A DNA stretch of 64,000 bases, taken from NCBI RefSeq assembly GCF_018350175.1, contig NC_058377.1, positions 111,290,001 through 111,354,000 of the forward strand, read 5' to 3'. Each line of letters starts with the position of its first letter. Within the stretch, counting starts at the first letter, position 1. This document shows positions 35,606 to 46,960 of the stretch, piece by piece. The stretch is from Felis catus. Taxonomy: Eukaryota. The position numbers and the translations under genes are program-made. The notes beneath the pieces were generated by a model. The model saw only the letters and a program-made list of their open reading frames with translations, was not told where the DNA came from and did not search any database.

Positions 35606-37419
35606 GCCCAGGTCAGCATGCCGTCACTTGACCGCTGTGGAAGGGAAGAAAGGAAGGCTTAGTGGGCTCCAGGCATGTAACACCGCCTCCCGGTTTGTAA
35701 AGTGAGAGTGACAGTCCCGAGGGACCCCGTGCTGGGGTTGGGAGGACAGAGGGCGGAGGTCTGCCCAGGAGAGCCCCTGGTGGCGCAGTGGGGACGGGGC
35801 ACAGAGTGAATCATCACCGTGGAACCCCCTGGGAGCCCAGAGACTCCGCCTCCACGGCCCTCAGCTGGGGTGGACCGGGCGCGAGCACGACCTGGTGCTG
35901 GGGCAGCTCCTGCGGGCACTGCCCGTCCGGGAGGTTGACTCGGCATGTCCAGGGGCCATAGCTCTTCCCTGTGCTCTGGCCCCAACCCACTGGCCGGCCG
36001 GACGCTCGATACAATCTGTTTGGAAAGCAAAACAAACTCTTTTGAAACCGCTGCTGAGGGCACAGACCGAGAGCCTCGCCCCCGCCCTTGGGGGGCTGGT
36101 GGACATCTGAGACTCAGGGAAACCTGGCAGGAGAGGCTGCGGGTGAGACGACCGCCCTGCTCTGACCCTCTGAGGCAGCAGAGACCTGCAGTTTAGACAG
36201 AGGGCGATAGGGAGCCCGTGAGGGACACAGAGGGAGAGCACGGGTCAGAGGAGCGCTTTAGCAAGTTGGGGCAGCACAGCTCTGTCAGGAGGACGATGCC
36301 GTTGATGGGAGAGTTGACCCGGGACCAGATGGGGGTGACGTATGTGAGTGACATCTTAAAACAGGAATCTGGATTCAGTGACACGAAGGCCAAAGGGGGC
36401 CCAGGTCAGGCCCAAGGCCCCCCCAACAAAGGGGTTCAGTCTGAAGTCTGGAAGATAGGAAACCCCTACTCAGGAGGCTCTGGGCCCAACAGGGCAGAGG
36501 GTTTAGGGCAGGCCTGCGAGACAGGGCTCTTGCCATCCACGGTGGCCGAGGTGAAGGGACAACCACAACCCCTTTGTGGTTTCCCTCACCTTCGACCAGC
36601 TGTAGAACCAGTGGGCTGGGGAAAGAACCAGCAATGGCGGACATCGAATGAGGGGGTGTGTGTGGGGGGTGTCTGGTGAGTTCTTCCTGCCACAGGGCCT
36701 TTGCACACACCATTGCCTCCGACGAGCATATCCACTCCTATCCCCGTTTCACTCAGGTGACTCCCGTGCCGGCCTCAGATCCAGATCATGGGGCACTCCC
36801 CGGGGCAGGTGTCTCTGGTTTCCCGGGCCAGGGTCACCAAGCACAGAGCCGGGCCCTGGCTGGGCACTCATGACTATTTGTGGAATGAGCAGAGACAAGA
36901 AAGAGTGCCACAAACCCCCATGCCCGGGCCCCTGAGCAGCCACAGCAAAGTCAGCCCGGGTGCCTGCTGGCAAGAGCCTTAGATGGCGGAAGAGGACAGG
37001 GTGGGTTGGGGGGAGGGTGGTCTCTGAGGGTGGAGGACCCAGGGAGGCGGGTGGATTGCACGGCAGGCGGCCCGCGTGCTGCCCTGACCAGCTGAGGAAC
37101 GGTGGACGAGGGACTCAAGGCCTCCTCTGTGTCACTCCCCCTTCTGCGGGGTCAGGATAACGACGTGCCCCATAGGGCTGCTGTAAGGGCTTAAGCAAGA
37201 CGTTCATTAAAGGTTTCAGGACACCGCGTGGAGTGTCGTAAGCGGGTGCATCTGTTTATTTATTTGTTTCGAAATGCAGCTTAAAAGAAAACAACACCCA
37301 TACAAGCGATGCATAAATGTCCAAGTCACGAGCTTAAAAGAACCAAAGCAAAATGTCAAAAGAGAATTTAGAACCCCCGAAATCCTGCCCAGCTAAAGAA
37401 ACCACTTGGAGCGGCCAGG

Positions 37420-37870
37420 GTCATGTTCAGCTGAGTGACAGACAACCTCCCAAAATGGCAGTGGTTCCGGCGAGGCAGAAGTTGGTTTCTCTTTCGTGTG
37501 AAAGTCCCCAAACGGGCAGAGAGGTGGTCCTGTCTGACGAAGCCCTCCAAGACTGAGACCTCTTACTGTCCCCTGCGCCATCACCCTGGAGGCACGATCC
37601 TCCCGAGACCTCGGGGTCCAGAACGGCAGCTGGAGCTCCAGCCGTCACTTCTACATTCCAGGATGGAATAAGGGATGAGGAAAGTGCATGCCGCTTAAGT
37701 TTAAGGAAGATTTCTGGAAGCTGCAATATGTCATTTCTTTCCTTTTTTTTTACCTCCCGTCGGTAACAGGGCCACATTCAGCTGCCAGAGAAGCCAGGAC
37801 ACACGTCCTTTATCAAGATGAGCCGTGTGCTCGGCTAAAAACTGTGGGTCCTGCTACCAAAGACGAGGGT
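37420..37870 (-). mobile_element. MaLR LTR (MLT1J-like)
   Basis: Contains gcagctggagctccagccgtcacttctacattccagg and ggccacattcagctgccagagaagccagg. Confidence 0.65.
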
Positions 37871-37989
37871 GCAGGTCGGGCGAAAGCCGGCAGTCCTGCC
37901 GTTCTGCGGGTGCCATCTTGGTGAGCACACACGCACAGACACATGCACACACGCGTGCACACACGGGCAAGCAGTCTTACCTACATAGG

Positions 37990-38360
37990 GGAACGGAATG
38001 CTTGCTCTTGGGTTGTTTGCCTTCTGAATTCAAGAGCCGGTTGCAGGTACCTTCCCGTGTCCATGGAGGTCCCCAAGGTCATTTTTAAAGACGGCTCCAA
38101 TTCCATCACGTCGACGCTTGAAGATTCCCGCAGCAGCGGGAGACGCTCCGGCTGCCGTCGGGTTCCAGGCGGTGTAACCCGCGGCCGCATGAGCATCCCT
38201 GAGCCATCCTCTTTGCACCTGGTCAGAGCATTTCTTTCGCGTCAGTTCCCAGAAGTAGAAATGCTGAGTCAAAGGGGATACACACTTTTGGCATGTGGAC
38301 ACGGGTTGAGAAATTGCAGTTCCGGAAGGCTGCCCCGGTTAGCGCTCCCCCCGGCGTCGC
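37990..38360 (-). mobile_element. L1ME-type fragment
   Basis: Contains ttcccagaagtagaaatgctgagtcaaagggga. Confidence 0.55.
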
Positions 38361-38710
38361 CCTGGCTGGCCCGGAACCAGGGCCCTCTCCCGCATTCTGC
38401 ACAGGGAGGTGTATGCCCCCGGTCCTCCAGGGGACCGTCGCACGGGGCTGATCACGAGATCCTGCCCTCTCCACACAGCAGCTACGAGCAGGAGGCTTCG
38501 CAGGTGCCTGGGGCTGCTGAGGTTCAAGGTAAGCAAGGGCGAGAGCTCACCTGGGTCGGGGGGCGGGGGGGGGGGGCAGGCAACCTGTGGGCAGGCATGG
38601 AGAGAGCTCAGCCAGCAAGGCTCGAGATGTCACGTCCGGGGGAACTGAGGAGTGAGCACCAGCCCATCTGGTGGAGGGGACAGCCCCGTAGCTCCCAACC
38701 TCAGCCGACA

Positions 38711-38942
38711 GGGGGGCTTCCAGATTGAGCAAACAGAAATACAGGCTATCCAGTTAAATCTGAGTTCAGAGAAGCAACAGCTGATATCTAGCATGCCTCG
38801 AATATTGCCCGGGATGAAGAACTGAGCAAAGTGTGCTGCTCTTCAGGAAGGTTCCTAGAGGTTGTGAGATCTGTTTTCCTTTTTCTCCCCGACCGTGACA
38901 CGGCCACACCTAACCATAACCTTTATTTTATTCGACAGCCTT
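38711..38942. mobile_element. MER53-like hAT MITE relic
   Basis: Contains ccagattgagcaaacagaaatacaggctatccagttaaatctgagttcaga. Confidence 0.65.
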
Positions 38943-38964
38943 CGCTGGTGGCGCTCTGGACCCC

Positions 38965-39170
38965 TGGGAGCAGTGAGCCCAGCAGAAAAGTCCTGGGGTC
39001 TGGAGTCGGAGGTGGCTGGGTTCGAGTCCGGGCCTCCTGTACCCCTGCCAGTGGTGGACTTTGGGATGAGTTCCTAGCCTCTCCATTCCTCCGTTTCCCC
39101 GTCTATACATATGGGGGTGAGGACAGCCCCGACCTCACGAGGGTTTAGGGAACATCAAGTGAACATCGTC
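38965..39170 (+). mobile_element. MIR SINE
   Basis: Contains tctggagtcggaggtggctgggttcgagtcc and ctccgtttccccgtctata. Confidence 0.7.
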
Positions 39171-39639
39171 TGCTTGCAGCAACATGGAAGTGTAGACTAG
39201 CACCAAGCCCCGCTCCACGCAGTGTTCGGGATGTCTAGTGAATATCAAACATCCTTGTAAGTGCGCAGCTGGGGGGGGGGGGCACACGTCCGCTTGGCAT
39301 AGAAATGGAGCCAGAGGCCGGGTTCTAACACCATGAAGGGACCAGAGTTGAGGCTCCCTGAGAGCCAGATGCCCGCTGGGTGAGGAGTCCTGTCTCCTTC
39401 TCCGTGTTGGTGCCACCCCCACCACCCCCCCACCGCCCTGCCCCTCCCCACACACGTTGCCGCTGTCCCCTCTGCTTTTCTGCAGCGGAAGGGGTAAGTG
39501 TGGCAGGGACAGCGGGGCGCGCACAGCCAAAACAATCTACCCCCTGGCTCATTACGGAAAACACTGGCCAGCCATGGAGGAGAAACGAAACAATTCAGCT
39601 ACGTTCGCGACTGCCGATCGCGTAGCCCGCTTTGTGGCC

Positions 39640-40310
39640 GAGGCTGGGCCTCAGCGGTGAAGACGACAAATGAGGCTTTCTGCCCCCCGTGCAGCCTACG
39701 TCCTAGTCGAGACGGAAAGGCAACGAGCGAAATAAGCCAGGGAATGACATCATCTGCAGGCTGGGGAGAACACCAGAGGGGAAAGTGGGAGAGGGTGAGG
39801 GGGACAGCTTGGAGGATGTGGTCAAGAGCAACCTCCCTTAAGGCTTAAAAAACGTGAAAGCAAGGGCCACACGCCTGTCTGAGGAAACAGCGTCCCAGGC
39901 AGCGGGCACCGCCAGTGCAAAGGCCCTGAGGCGGGAGCGTGTTTGCAGTTTCGAGAGGGAGCAGGGAGGCAGGATGCTGGCAAGTAGCGGGAGGCCAGGA
40001 CAGACTGGTAACGGCAGCCACGACCTGGGGGCCGTCGTGGGGACTTGTGTGTTTTCCTCTGGCAGAAATGAGCATCCGCATGTGTGTTGTGAGCGAGACG
40101 CGGTGTGGTCTGGTGTAGCTGTCGTGGGATCCCAGGGCCAGAGGGGGGATGAGGGCGAGCCCAGAGGCAGGGGCCAGGCTCCAGACATTGGGGACGGGGC
40201 GGTGGCTGCGTGCAGAGGCTTCTAGAGGCGGGGCTTGCTGGAGTCAGAAGTGGGAGGTAAGAGAAGAAAGGGGTCAAGGATGACCCCAGGCCTGTCACCA
40301 TTGGGTTGTT
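39640..40310 (-). mobile_element. L2 LINE fragment
   Basis: Contains ccagtgcaaaggccctgaggcgggagcgtgtttg and ggggtcaaggatgaccccagg. Confidence 0.75.
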
Positions 40311-40508
40311 TGTTTCCCTGTCGCTTTCGGTCTTCCCGTCCTGGCCTCCTACTCTGGAAGCCGCTCAAGGAAAGGGGCCACGACCACCTTGTCTTCATGG
40401 TGCCTCGTGCTGACCCCCTTCCCTGCCGCAGAGGGCGCTGGGTCAGTACGGGCAGGACAGATGGATGAGCAATGAACAAATGGCACAGTCTTTTGCTTCC
40501 TCAGGGAG

Positions 40509-40879
40509 CGTGAAGGGCTGAATTGTGTCCCCTGGATTCCTGTGTCGGGGTCCTGACCCTCAGCACCTCAGAACGTGACCGTATCTGGACAGGGGGGTCT
40601 TTACAGAGGTGATTAAGGTGACACGGGGCCACCGGGGTGGGCCCTGATCCCGTGTGACCGGGGTCCTTGTAAGAAGAGGGATCAGGACACAGACACGCAC
40701 GGAGGGATGACCCCGTGAGGACACAGGGGGAGGACGGCCGTCCACACACAAGGAGAGAGGCCCCGGGAGGCCCCGGCCCTGCCCACGCCTGGGCTTCCAG
40801 GCCCGGGGGACGGTGAATGTCCACTGTGTGAGTCCCGTCGGTGGGACCTGGTATATGGCGGCCCCAGCAAACTCGCACA
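40509..40879 (+). mobile_element. Solo MaLR LTR (MLT1B-like)
   Basis: Runs from gggctgaattgtgtcccc through ctcagaacgtgaccgtatctgga to gcaaactcgcaca. Homologous to 23750-24121. Confidence 0.9.
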
Positions 40880-40938
40880 GCGAATGTTGCAAAGAGCAAG
40901 AGAGAGAAACACACTCTGAGGCACAGACCAGGGCACCT

Positions 40939-42497
40939 GGGAACTTTGGGCAGGCGGCTGAGCTGGGGCGGGACCTCGATCTCACAGGACCTATGTCCAT
41001 GTGGGGACCCTGGGCAGGCGGCTGAGCTGGGGTGGGACCCCGATCTCGCAGGACACACGTCCATGTGGGGACCCTGGGCAGGTGGCTGAGCTGGGGTGGG
41101 ACCCTGATCTCGCAGGACACACGTCCATGTGGGGACCCTGGGGAGGCGGCTGAGCTGGGGAGGGACCCTGATCTCGTAGGACACACGTCCATGTGGGGAC
41201 CCTGGGCAGGCGGCTGAGCTGGGGTGGGACCCCGATCCCGTGGGGCCCACGTCCATCCTGGGGACCCTGGGCAGGCGGCTGAGCTGGGGCGGGACCCCGA
41301 TCTTGCAGGACACACGTCCATGTGGGGACCCTGGGCAGGGGGCTGAGCTGGGGTGGGACCCCGATCCTGTGGGGCCCACGTCTATCCTGGGGACCCTGGG
41401 CAGGCGGCTGAGCTGGGGCGGGACCCCGATCTCGCGGGACCCACGTCCATGTGGGGACCCTGGGCAGGTGGCTGAGCTGGGGTGGGACCCCGATCCCGTG
41501 GGGCCCATGTCCATGTGGGGACCCTGGGGAGGCGGCTGAGCTGGGGCGGGACCTCGATCTCACAGGACCTATGTCCATGTGGGGACCCTGGGCAGGTGGC
41601 TGAGCTGGGGTGGGACCCCGATCTCGCAGGACACACGTCCATGTGGGGACCCTGGGCAGGTGGCTGAGCTGGGGTGGGACCCCGATCTCGCAGGACACAC
41701 GTCCATGTGGGGACCCTGGGGAGGCGGCTGAGCTGGGGAGGGACCCTGATCTCGTAGGACACACGTCCATGTGGGGACCCTGGGCAGGCGGCTGAGCTGG
41801 GGTGGGACCCCAATCCCGTGGGGCCCACGTCCATCCTGGGGACCCTGGGCAGGCGGCTGAGCTGGGGCGGGACCCCGATCTTGCAGGACACACGTCCATG
41901 TGGGGACCCTGGGCAGGGGGCTGAGCTGGGGTGGGACCCCGATCCTGTGGGGCCCACGTCTATCCTGGGGACCCTGGGCAGGCGGCTGAGCTGGGGCGGG
42001 ACCCCGATCTCGCGGGACCCACGTCCATGTGGGGACCCTGGGCAGGTGGCTGAGCTGGGGTGGGACCCCGATCCCGTGGGGCCCATATCCATGTGGGGAC
42101 CCTGGGGAGGCGGCTGAGCTGGGGCGGGACCTCGATCTCACAGGACCTATGTCCATGTGGGGACCCTGGGCAGGCGGCTGAGCTGGGGCGGGACCCCGAT
42201 CTCGCAGGACACACGTCCATGTGGGGACCCTGGGCAGGTGGCTGAGCTGGGGTGGGACCCCGATCTCGCAGGACACACGTCCATGTGGGGACCCTGGGCA
42301 GGCGGCTGAGCTGGGGTGGGACCCCGATCTTGCAGGACACACGTCCATGTGGGGACCCTGGGCAGGCGGCTGAGCTGGGGCGGGCCCCCGATCCTGTGGG
42401 GCCCACGTCTATCCTGGGGACCCTGGGCAGGCGGCTGAGCTGGGGCGGGCCCCCGATCTCGCAGGGCCCGCATCCATCCTGGGACCCTGGGCTGAGC
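40939..42497. repeat. 64-bp G-rich VNTR, 24 full units plus a partial unit
   Basis: Consensus ggggaccctgggcaggcggctgagctggggtgggaccccgatctcgcaggacacacgtccatgt. Units start at 40939, 41003, 41067 ... 42416. Confidence 0.98.
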
Positions 42498-43577
42498 AGT
42501 GGACAACACTCAGGTCACCCCGGGCACGATGGCAGCATGATGGCCGGGGAGGGACAGGAACTCCGGCCGTCACGATGCTCTGCTATGACACAGGCCCCGG
42601 CACCTCTCCAAGGTGGGGGGAACCAGGTGGGACCCACGGTGCGCAGCTCCCTCTGCCCAGGAAAGGGCACCTCGGGCCACCAGGCTCCTCCCGGGCCCCG
42701 CCCCTTGGCCCTCGCCTTGGGTGCGGTGGGCGAGGTGGGGGGGGCCGCGCTAGCACGTGGCTGGGGCTGCCTCTCCCCCAGCGGCCACTTCCTCTGGGTG
42801 TGTCTGTTTCCTGCAGCCCCGCCCACGGCCGACCCCGCCGTCCTCTCGCCTCGCGCTGCCCCTGCTGGGTGGGCCAGCACCCCAGCACCCCAGCACCCAG
42901 GCGGGGGTCCCCGTGTCCCCCAGGCCACCCGGGATAACGCTACCGGGGGCCGAGGCCGTGGGATCCGCTGGTGCCGAGCTCTCTGTCCCCAGGAGCTGGA
43001 GGCGCAGGACGCACGTTCCCAGTGCGATCTGCTGGCCTGGGGCCGAGCCACCCCATGAAGGATGAGGTCATGTCCTGCAGAGGCCGCGCGGAAAGGGCAG
43101 GGCTCTCCCTGGGCCCTCGGGGGCTCCCACGGCCAGGGCCTTTTCCCAGAGACCCTGGGGACGGTGGTGGTTGGGACTGGCCTCCGGGCTGGGGGGGCGA
43201 GTGAAGCGGCGTCCCGTTGGGACACACAGTGCGACCCTGGGTAGTCGGGGACCCGCGGGGGGCCCATTTCCTCCCCCGGAGCTGGCAGCGAAGGGACGAA
43301 CACTTCCCGGGCGTCCACAGGCCCTGCCCGGAGAGGCCGCCCTTCGCGGTGTCCGTGCTGGCAGGGGTCACCTGCAGAGCCGGGACGGGGTGGGAGGTGT
43401 CTCCGTCCAGGGGCCGGGGAAGCCCTCCCGCCCTCCCGCTGTCGCCCTCAGAGCAGGGCCGGGCGCTGGCAGGTGCTGGAGCCTCAGCAGAGGAGCACGT
43501 GACGGCTGGCGGGCTTCTGCACCTGTACCCCGGGGCTGGGGGGCCTGCCGGGAGCAGCCCCCTGTGAGAGGCCTTCT

Positions 43578-43990
43578 NNNNNNNNNNNNNNNNNNNNNNN
43601 NNNNNNNNNNNNNNNNNNNNNNNNNNNNNNNNNNNNNNNNNNNNNNNNNNNNNNNNNNNNNNNNNNNNNNNNNNNNNNNNNNNNNNNNNNNNNNNNNNNN
43701 NNNNNNNNNNNNNNNNNNNNNNNNNNNNNNNNNNNNNNNNNNNNNNNNNNNNNNNNNNNNNNNNNNNNNNNNNNNNNNNNNNNNNNNNNNNNNNNNNNNN
43801 NNNNNNNNNNNNNNNNNNNNNNNNNNNNNNNNNNNNNNNNNNNNNNNNNNNNNNNNNNNNNNNNNNNNNNNNNNNNNNNNNNNNNNNNNNNNNNNNNNNN
43901 NNNNNNNNNNNNNNNNNNNNNNNNNNNNNNNNNNNNNNNNNNNNNNNNNNNNNNNNNNNNNNNNNNNNNNNNNNNNNNNNNNNNNNNNNN
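43578..43990. other. Assembly gap
   Basis: Run of N. Confidence 1.
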
Positions 43991-44187
43991 GTCTCCTCCT
44001 CCTCCTCTCCTTCCTCCCCTTCCCCCTCCTCTCCCCCCTCCTCCTCCCCTTCCTCCCCTTCCCCCTTCTCCTCCCCTCCTCTTCCTCCTACTCCCCTTTC
44101 TCCTCCCCTTCCTCTTCCTTCTCCCCTCATCCTCATCCTCCCCTCCTCTATCCTCCTCCCCTCCTCCTCCTCCCCTACCTCCCCCTC
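43991..44187. repeat. Polypyrimidine (CCT/CCCCTT)n low-complexity tract
   Basis: About 197 bp of almost only C and T, between two gaps. Confidence 0.95.
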
Positions 44188-44330
44188 NNNNNNNNNNNNN
44201 NNNNNNNNNNNNNNNNNNNNNNNNNNNNNNNNNNNNNNNNNNNNNNNNNNNNNNNNNNNNNNNNNNNNNNNNNNNNNNNNNNNNNNNNNNNNNNNNNNNN
44301 NNNNNNNNNNNNNNNNNNNNNNNNNNNNNN
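44188..44330. other. Assembly gap
   Basis: Run of N. Confidence 1.
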
Positions 44331-44771
44331 ACCCTGGCACACACCTGTCCACCTGTCCCTCCCCTCACCCTGAGACAGTCCCCAGGTGCTGCACACCTGC
44401 CCTCCCGCCCACCAGCCAGGCTGGGAAGGAAGGGGCTGTGGAACCCACCGGGAGCCACCACACTGGGCATCAAGCCTGGGGCGCAAGGAACGGGCCCGAC
44501 ACAAAGGCTCCCTGGGGCCCTTCCAGCTCCCTCCACCCCACATCCTCTGGGGGATCTGCTGCCCCCCGCCCCCCCGCCAAGGACTTGAGCTCACCAGAAA
44601 GGGAGAGGGGCTGATGGCGACAGCCCTGCACCTTGTGGGCGTGATGGCGAGCCGGGAAGCAGGCCGCAGTGTAGAAGGGACGTGCCCGAGGACAGGGACA
44701 GGCGGAGATAAGACTGAACCCCCTAGCGTCTGACTCCCCAGCCACGGCCGCCTCCTCCTGGAGACCTTTCT

Positions 44772-44940
44772 CCACTCACTCCCTCGTTCATTCGATCATT
44801 CATTCATCTCCTTTATTCACCCACCCGCCCCTCATTCATTCATTCACCAGCTCCTTCCTTCCTTTATTGGCTCCTTCATTCATTCATTTGTTCACTCACT
44901 CACCCACTCCTTCATTCATTCACTTGCTCACTTACTCATC
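44772..44940. repeat. Degenerate (CATT)n tract (L2-tail type)
   Basis: Repeated cattcatt and cactcact. Confidence 0.8.
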
Positions 44941-45837
44941 GTCTGAACAGCCTGGAACCTATATGTCTCTGCTGGCCCCGTCTGGGGCGGCCTCGAGGAT
45001 CTTAGGGTGCTAAGTGGGAGTTTTCCCCTGGAGCCCTGTGCGAGGGGCACCCACACGTCTCAAGGGTGATTGTCATCGCCCCAGAGCCCCGGGAAGACGG
45101 GAGGCCCCCACCTTCACACCCGGGCTAGCCGGCGGGCAGCGGCTGCAAGGTGTAACGGCGAGGAGGCTGTCGGGGGCAGTGGGTGGCCTGGTGCACACGG
45201 ACGGGCCCGGGCTCTCTCAGCGAAAGGCACCCTCAGTAAATCAGCCCTGCTCTTCAAAATGTCAGAGTCACACAAAGACGAAATAAGGCTGAGGCACCGG
45301 CCCAGACTCAAAGACTGGAGAGGGGTGGTACCCGAGTGCCCCAGGGCGCCGCCGGGGTCCCTCCCAGGCAGAGACATCGTGTCGTATCTGTGCCACCGCC
45401 CCGGCACGGACGGCTCGTCCCAGGTTGTGTGAGAGAATGTCCTCGTTCTCAGAAGTGGGCGTAAGTGTCTGGGGGCCGAGGGGCACCACGTCTCCCGTTT
45501 ACTCTCAGACGATCCGAGGAAAGACGCGTGTGTGCGCGTGCACGCGTGCAGAGAAAGCGACAGCGTGAGTGTGGCCAGTGCGAGCCCGCGGGGACCTGGG
45601 AGCCAGGGGACCGACGTCTTGGGAGAGGGAGGAGCACAGGACCTCCCGGCACTGTCCTTACGTCTTTCCTGCCAGTATGGAAGGGCATTAAAGGAAAACG
45701 CTGCAAGAAAAGAGAATGAGGTGTGGTTTCCAGGTGCACGCTGTGGCTGTGTGACCCCGGGCCCCCCGCCCCTGTCCGTCACCTGCCGTGGGGTCCACTG
45801 GGACCGGGGGCTGCAAGCCCTGAGTGCCTGGAACTCC

Positions 45838-45892
45838 TGAGTCACATCCCTGTCTTATTGGCTCCGCCCCTGTCTTATTGGCTCCACCCCTG
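45838..45892. promoter_or_regulatory. AP-1 site plus a 20-bp tandem duplication of CCAAT box and GC/CACCC box
   Basis: tgagtca at 45838-45844, then (ccctgtcttattggctcc[g/a]c)x2 from 45848. Confidence 0.45.
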
Positions 45893-46814
45893 AAATGTCT
45901 CCCCTGTGGAACTCCTCTAGATGGGGACCCCGTGCCTCCAGAAGGCTCCTGCTGCCCACTGCCTGGGAGGGATCAGACTCCCCACACACGCGGGGCCCTC
46001 AGCCTTCGCTCCGCGGAACAGCAGGCGGGAGGGTCCCCACGAGCCGTAAACCAGGACCCGGTCCCCGAAGCGGCTCGCGGCCACGGCTGGCAGCGAGGAG
46101 CCCCCCCCCCCCCCCCCCCCGCCATCCCCGCAGGGCCCCCGGCTGCGTGGGCAGGACCTGGGCTGGAGCCGAACACAGGCGCGAGGACGACAAAGCCCCT
46201 CGAGGAGCCCACAGCCGGATCAGGAGCGGACGTCCAAGCTGACTCGGGAGACGGCGGCCCAGGGCTCCTCATTCAGTCCTCACCCGCCTCCAAGCTCAGC
46301 TCCAGCACGCCGCTCGTCACCGCGGGTCAAGGCCCAGGTGGAGGGACCCCTTCCCAGGGGAGGTGTGAGCAAGGTGACATCTACAGCCCTGATCATCACT
46401 CTCTTCTCCTCTGTCCCCTCTCCTCCTTTGCGGGCCAGACGGATTCGGGGAAGGGCTTCCGGGCTCCTTGTTCTCATCAGCAAAGTTAACCAAAGATCCC
46501 TCCCCGCAGCTAACCCTGCTCAGAGTGGGTCCCCGGGAAATTTGAGTACGTGTGACAAGAGCGATGCCGGAGGTGATGCCTGACGCGAAAGAAGAGGAGG
46601 AGGAGCATCTCTGACCAGTACACAGACAGTGCTAATAGCAGATGGGCTTCTAGCTTTTTCTAAAGTTCTCCTTCCTTCTTAAAGCCCGTGCTGAGAAATG
46701 CTCACACCCCCAGAGGGCAGCACCCCCGGAGGGGCCTCCCCAAGGCTCTGCGGGGGCCCTGCGGGTGGGAGCCGGGCCAGAGACCTGGTTTCTGTCTGTC
46801 ACCGCCACAGAGCC

Positions 46815-46960
46815 TTATCGGGTCTCAGTTTGCCCGTCTGTAAAGTGGGACAAATAATCAGTCCTAACTGATTGGTGGTTGAGAGCCACCGGGACGATGT
46901 GGCAGGAAAAACCCTGGGAGCGTGTCCAACGTACAAGTACGAGTAAATGTTGGCTGCTTC
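46815..46960 (+). mobile_element. MIR fragment
   Basis: Contains gtctcagtttgcccgtctgtaaagtggga. Confidence 0.65.

Noticed and set aside
40939-42497. CRISPR-like or true Ig switch array
   Set aside because: The DNA is mammalian, the units are contiguous with no unique spacers, and no cas genes or Ig constant exons are visible.
40501-42509. Long overlapping minus-strand ORFs (337, 302, 259 and 253 aa) with repeated peptides
   Set aside because: They arise from the 64-bp VNTR. The unit is not a multiple of 3, so the same peptides cycle through all frames, and there is no coding signature.
42940-44594. ORFs up to 470 aa, including a Glu/Gly-rich stretch
   Set aside because: They span gaps plus the translation of a polypurine low-complexity tract.
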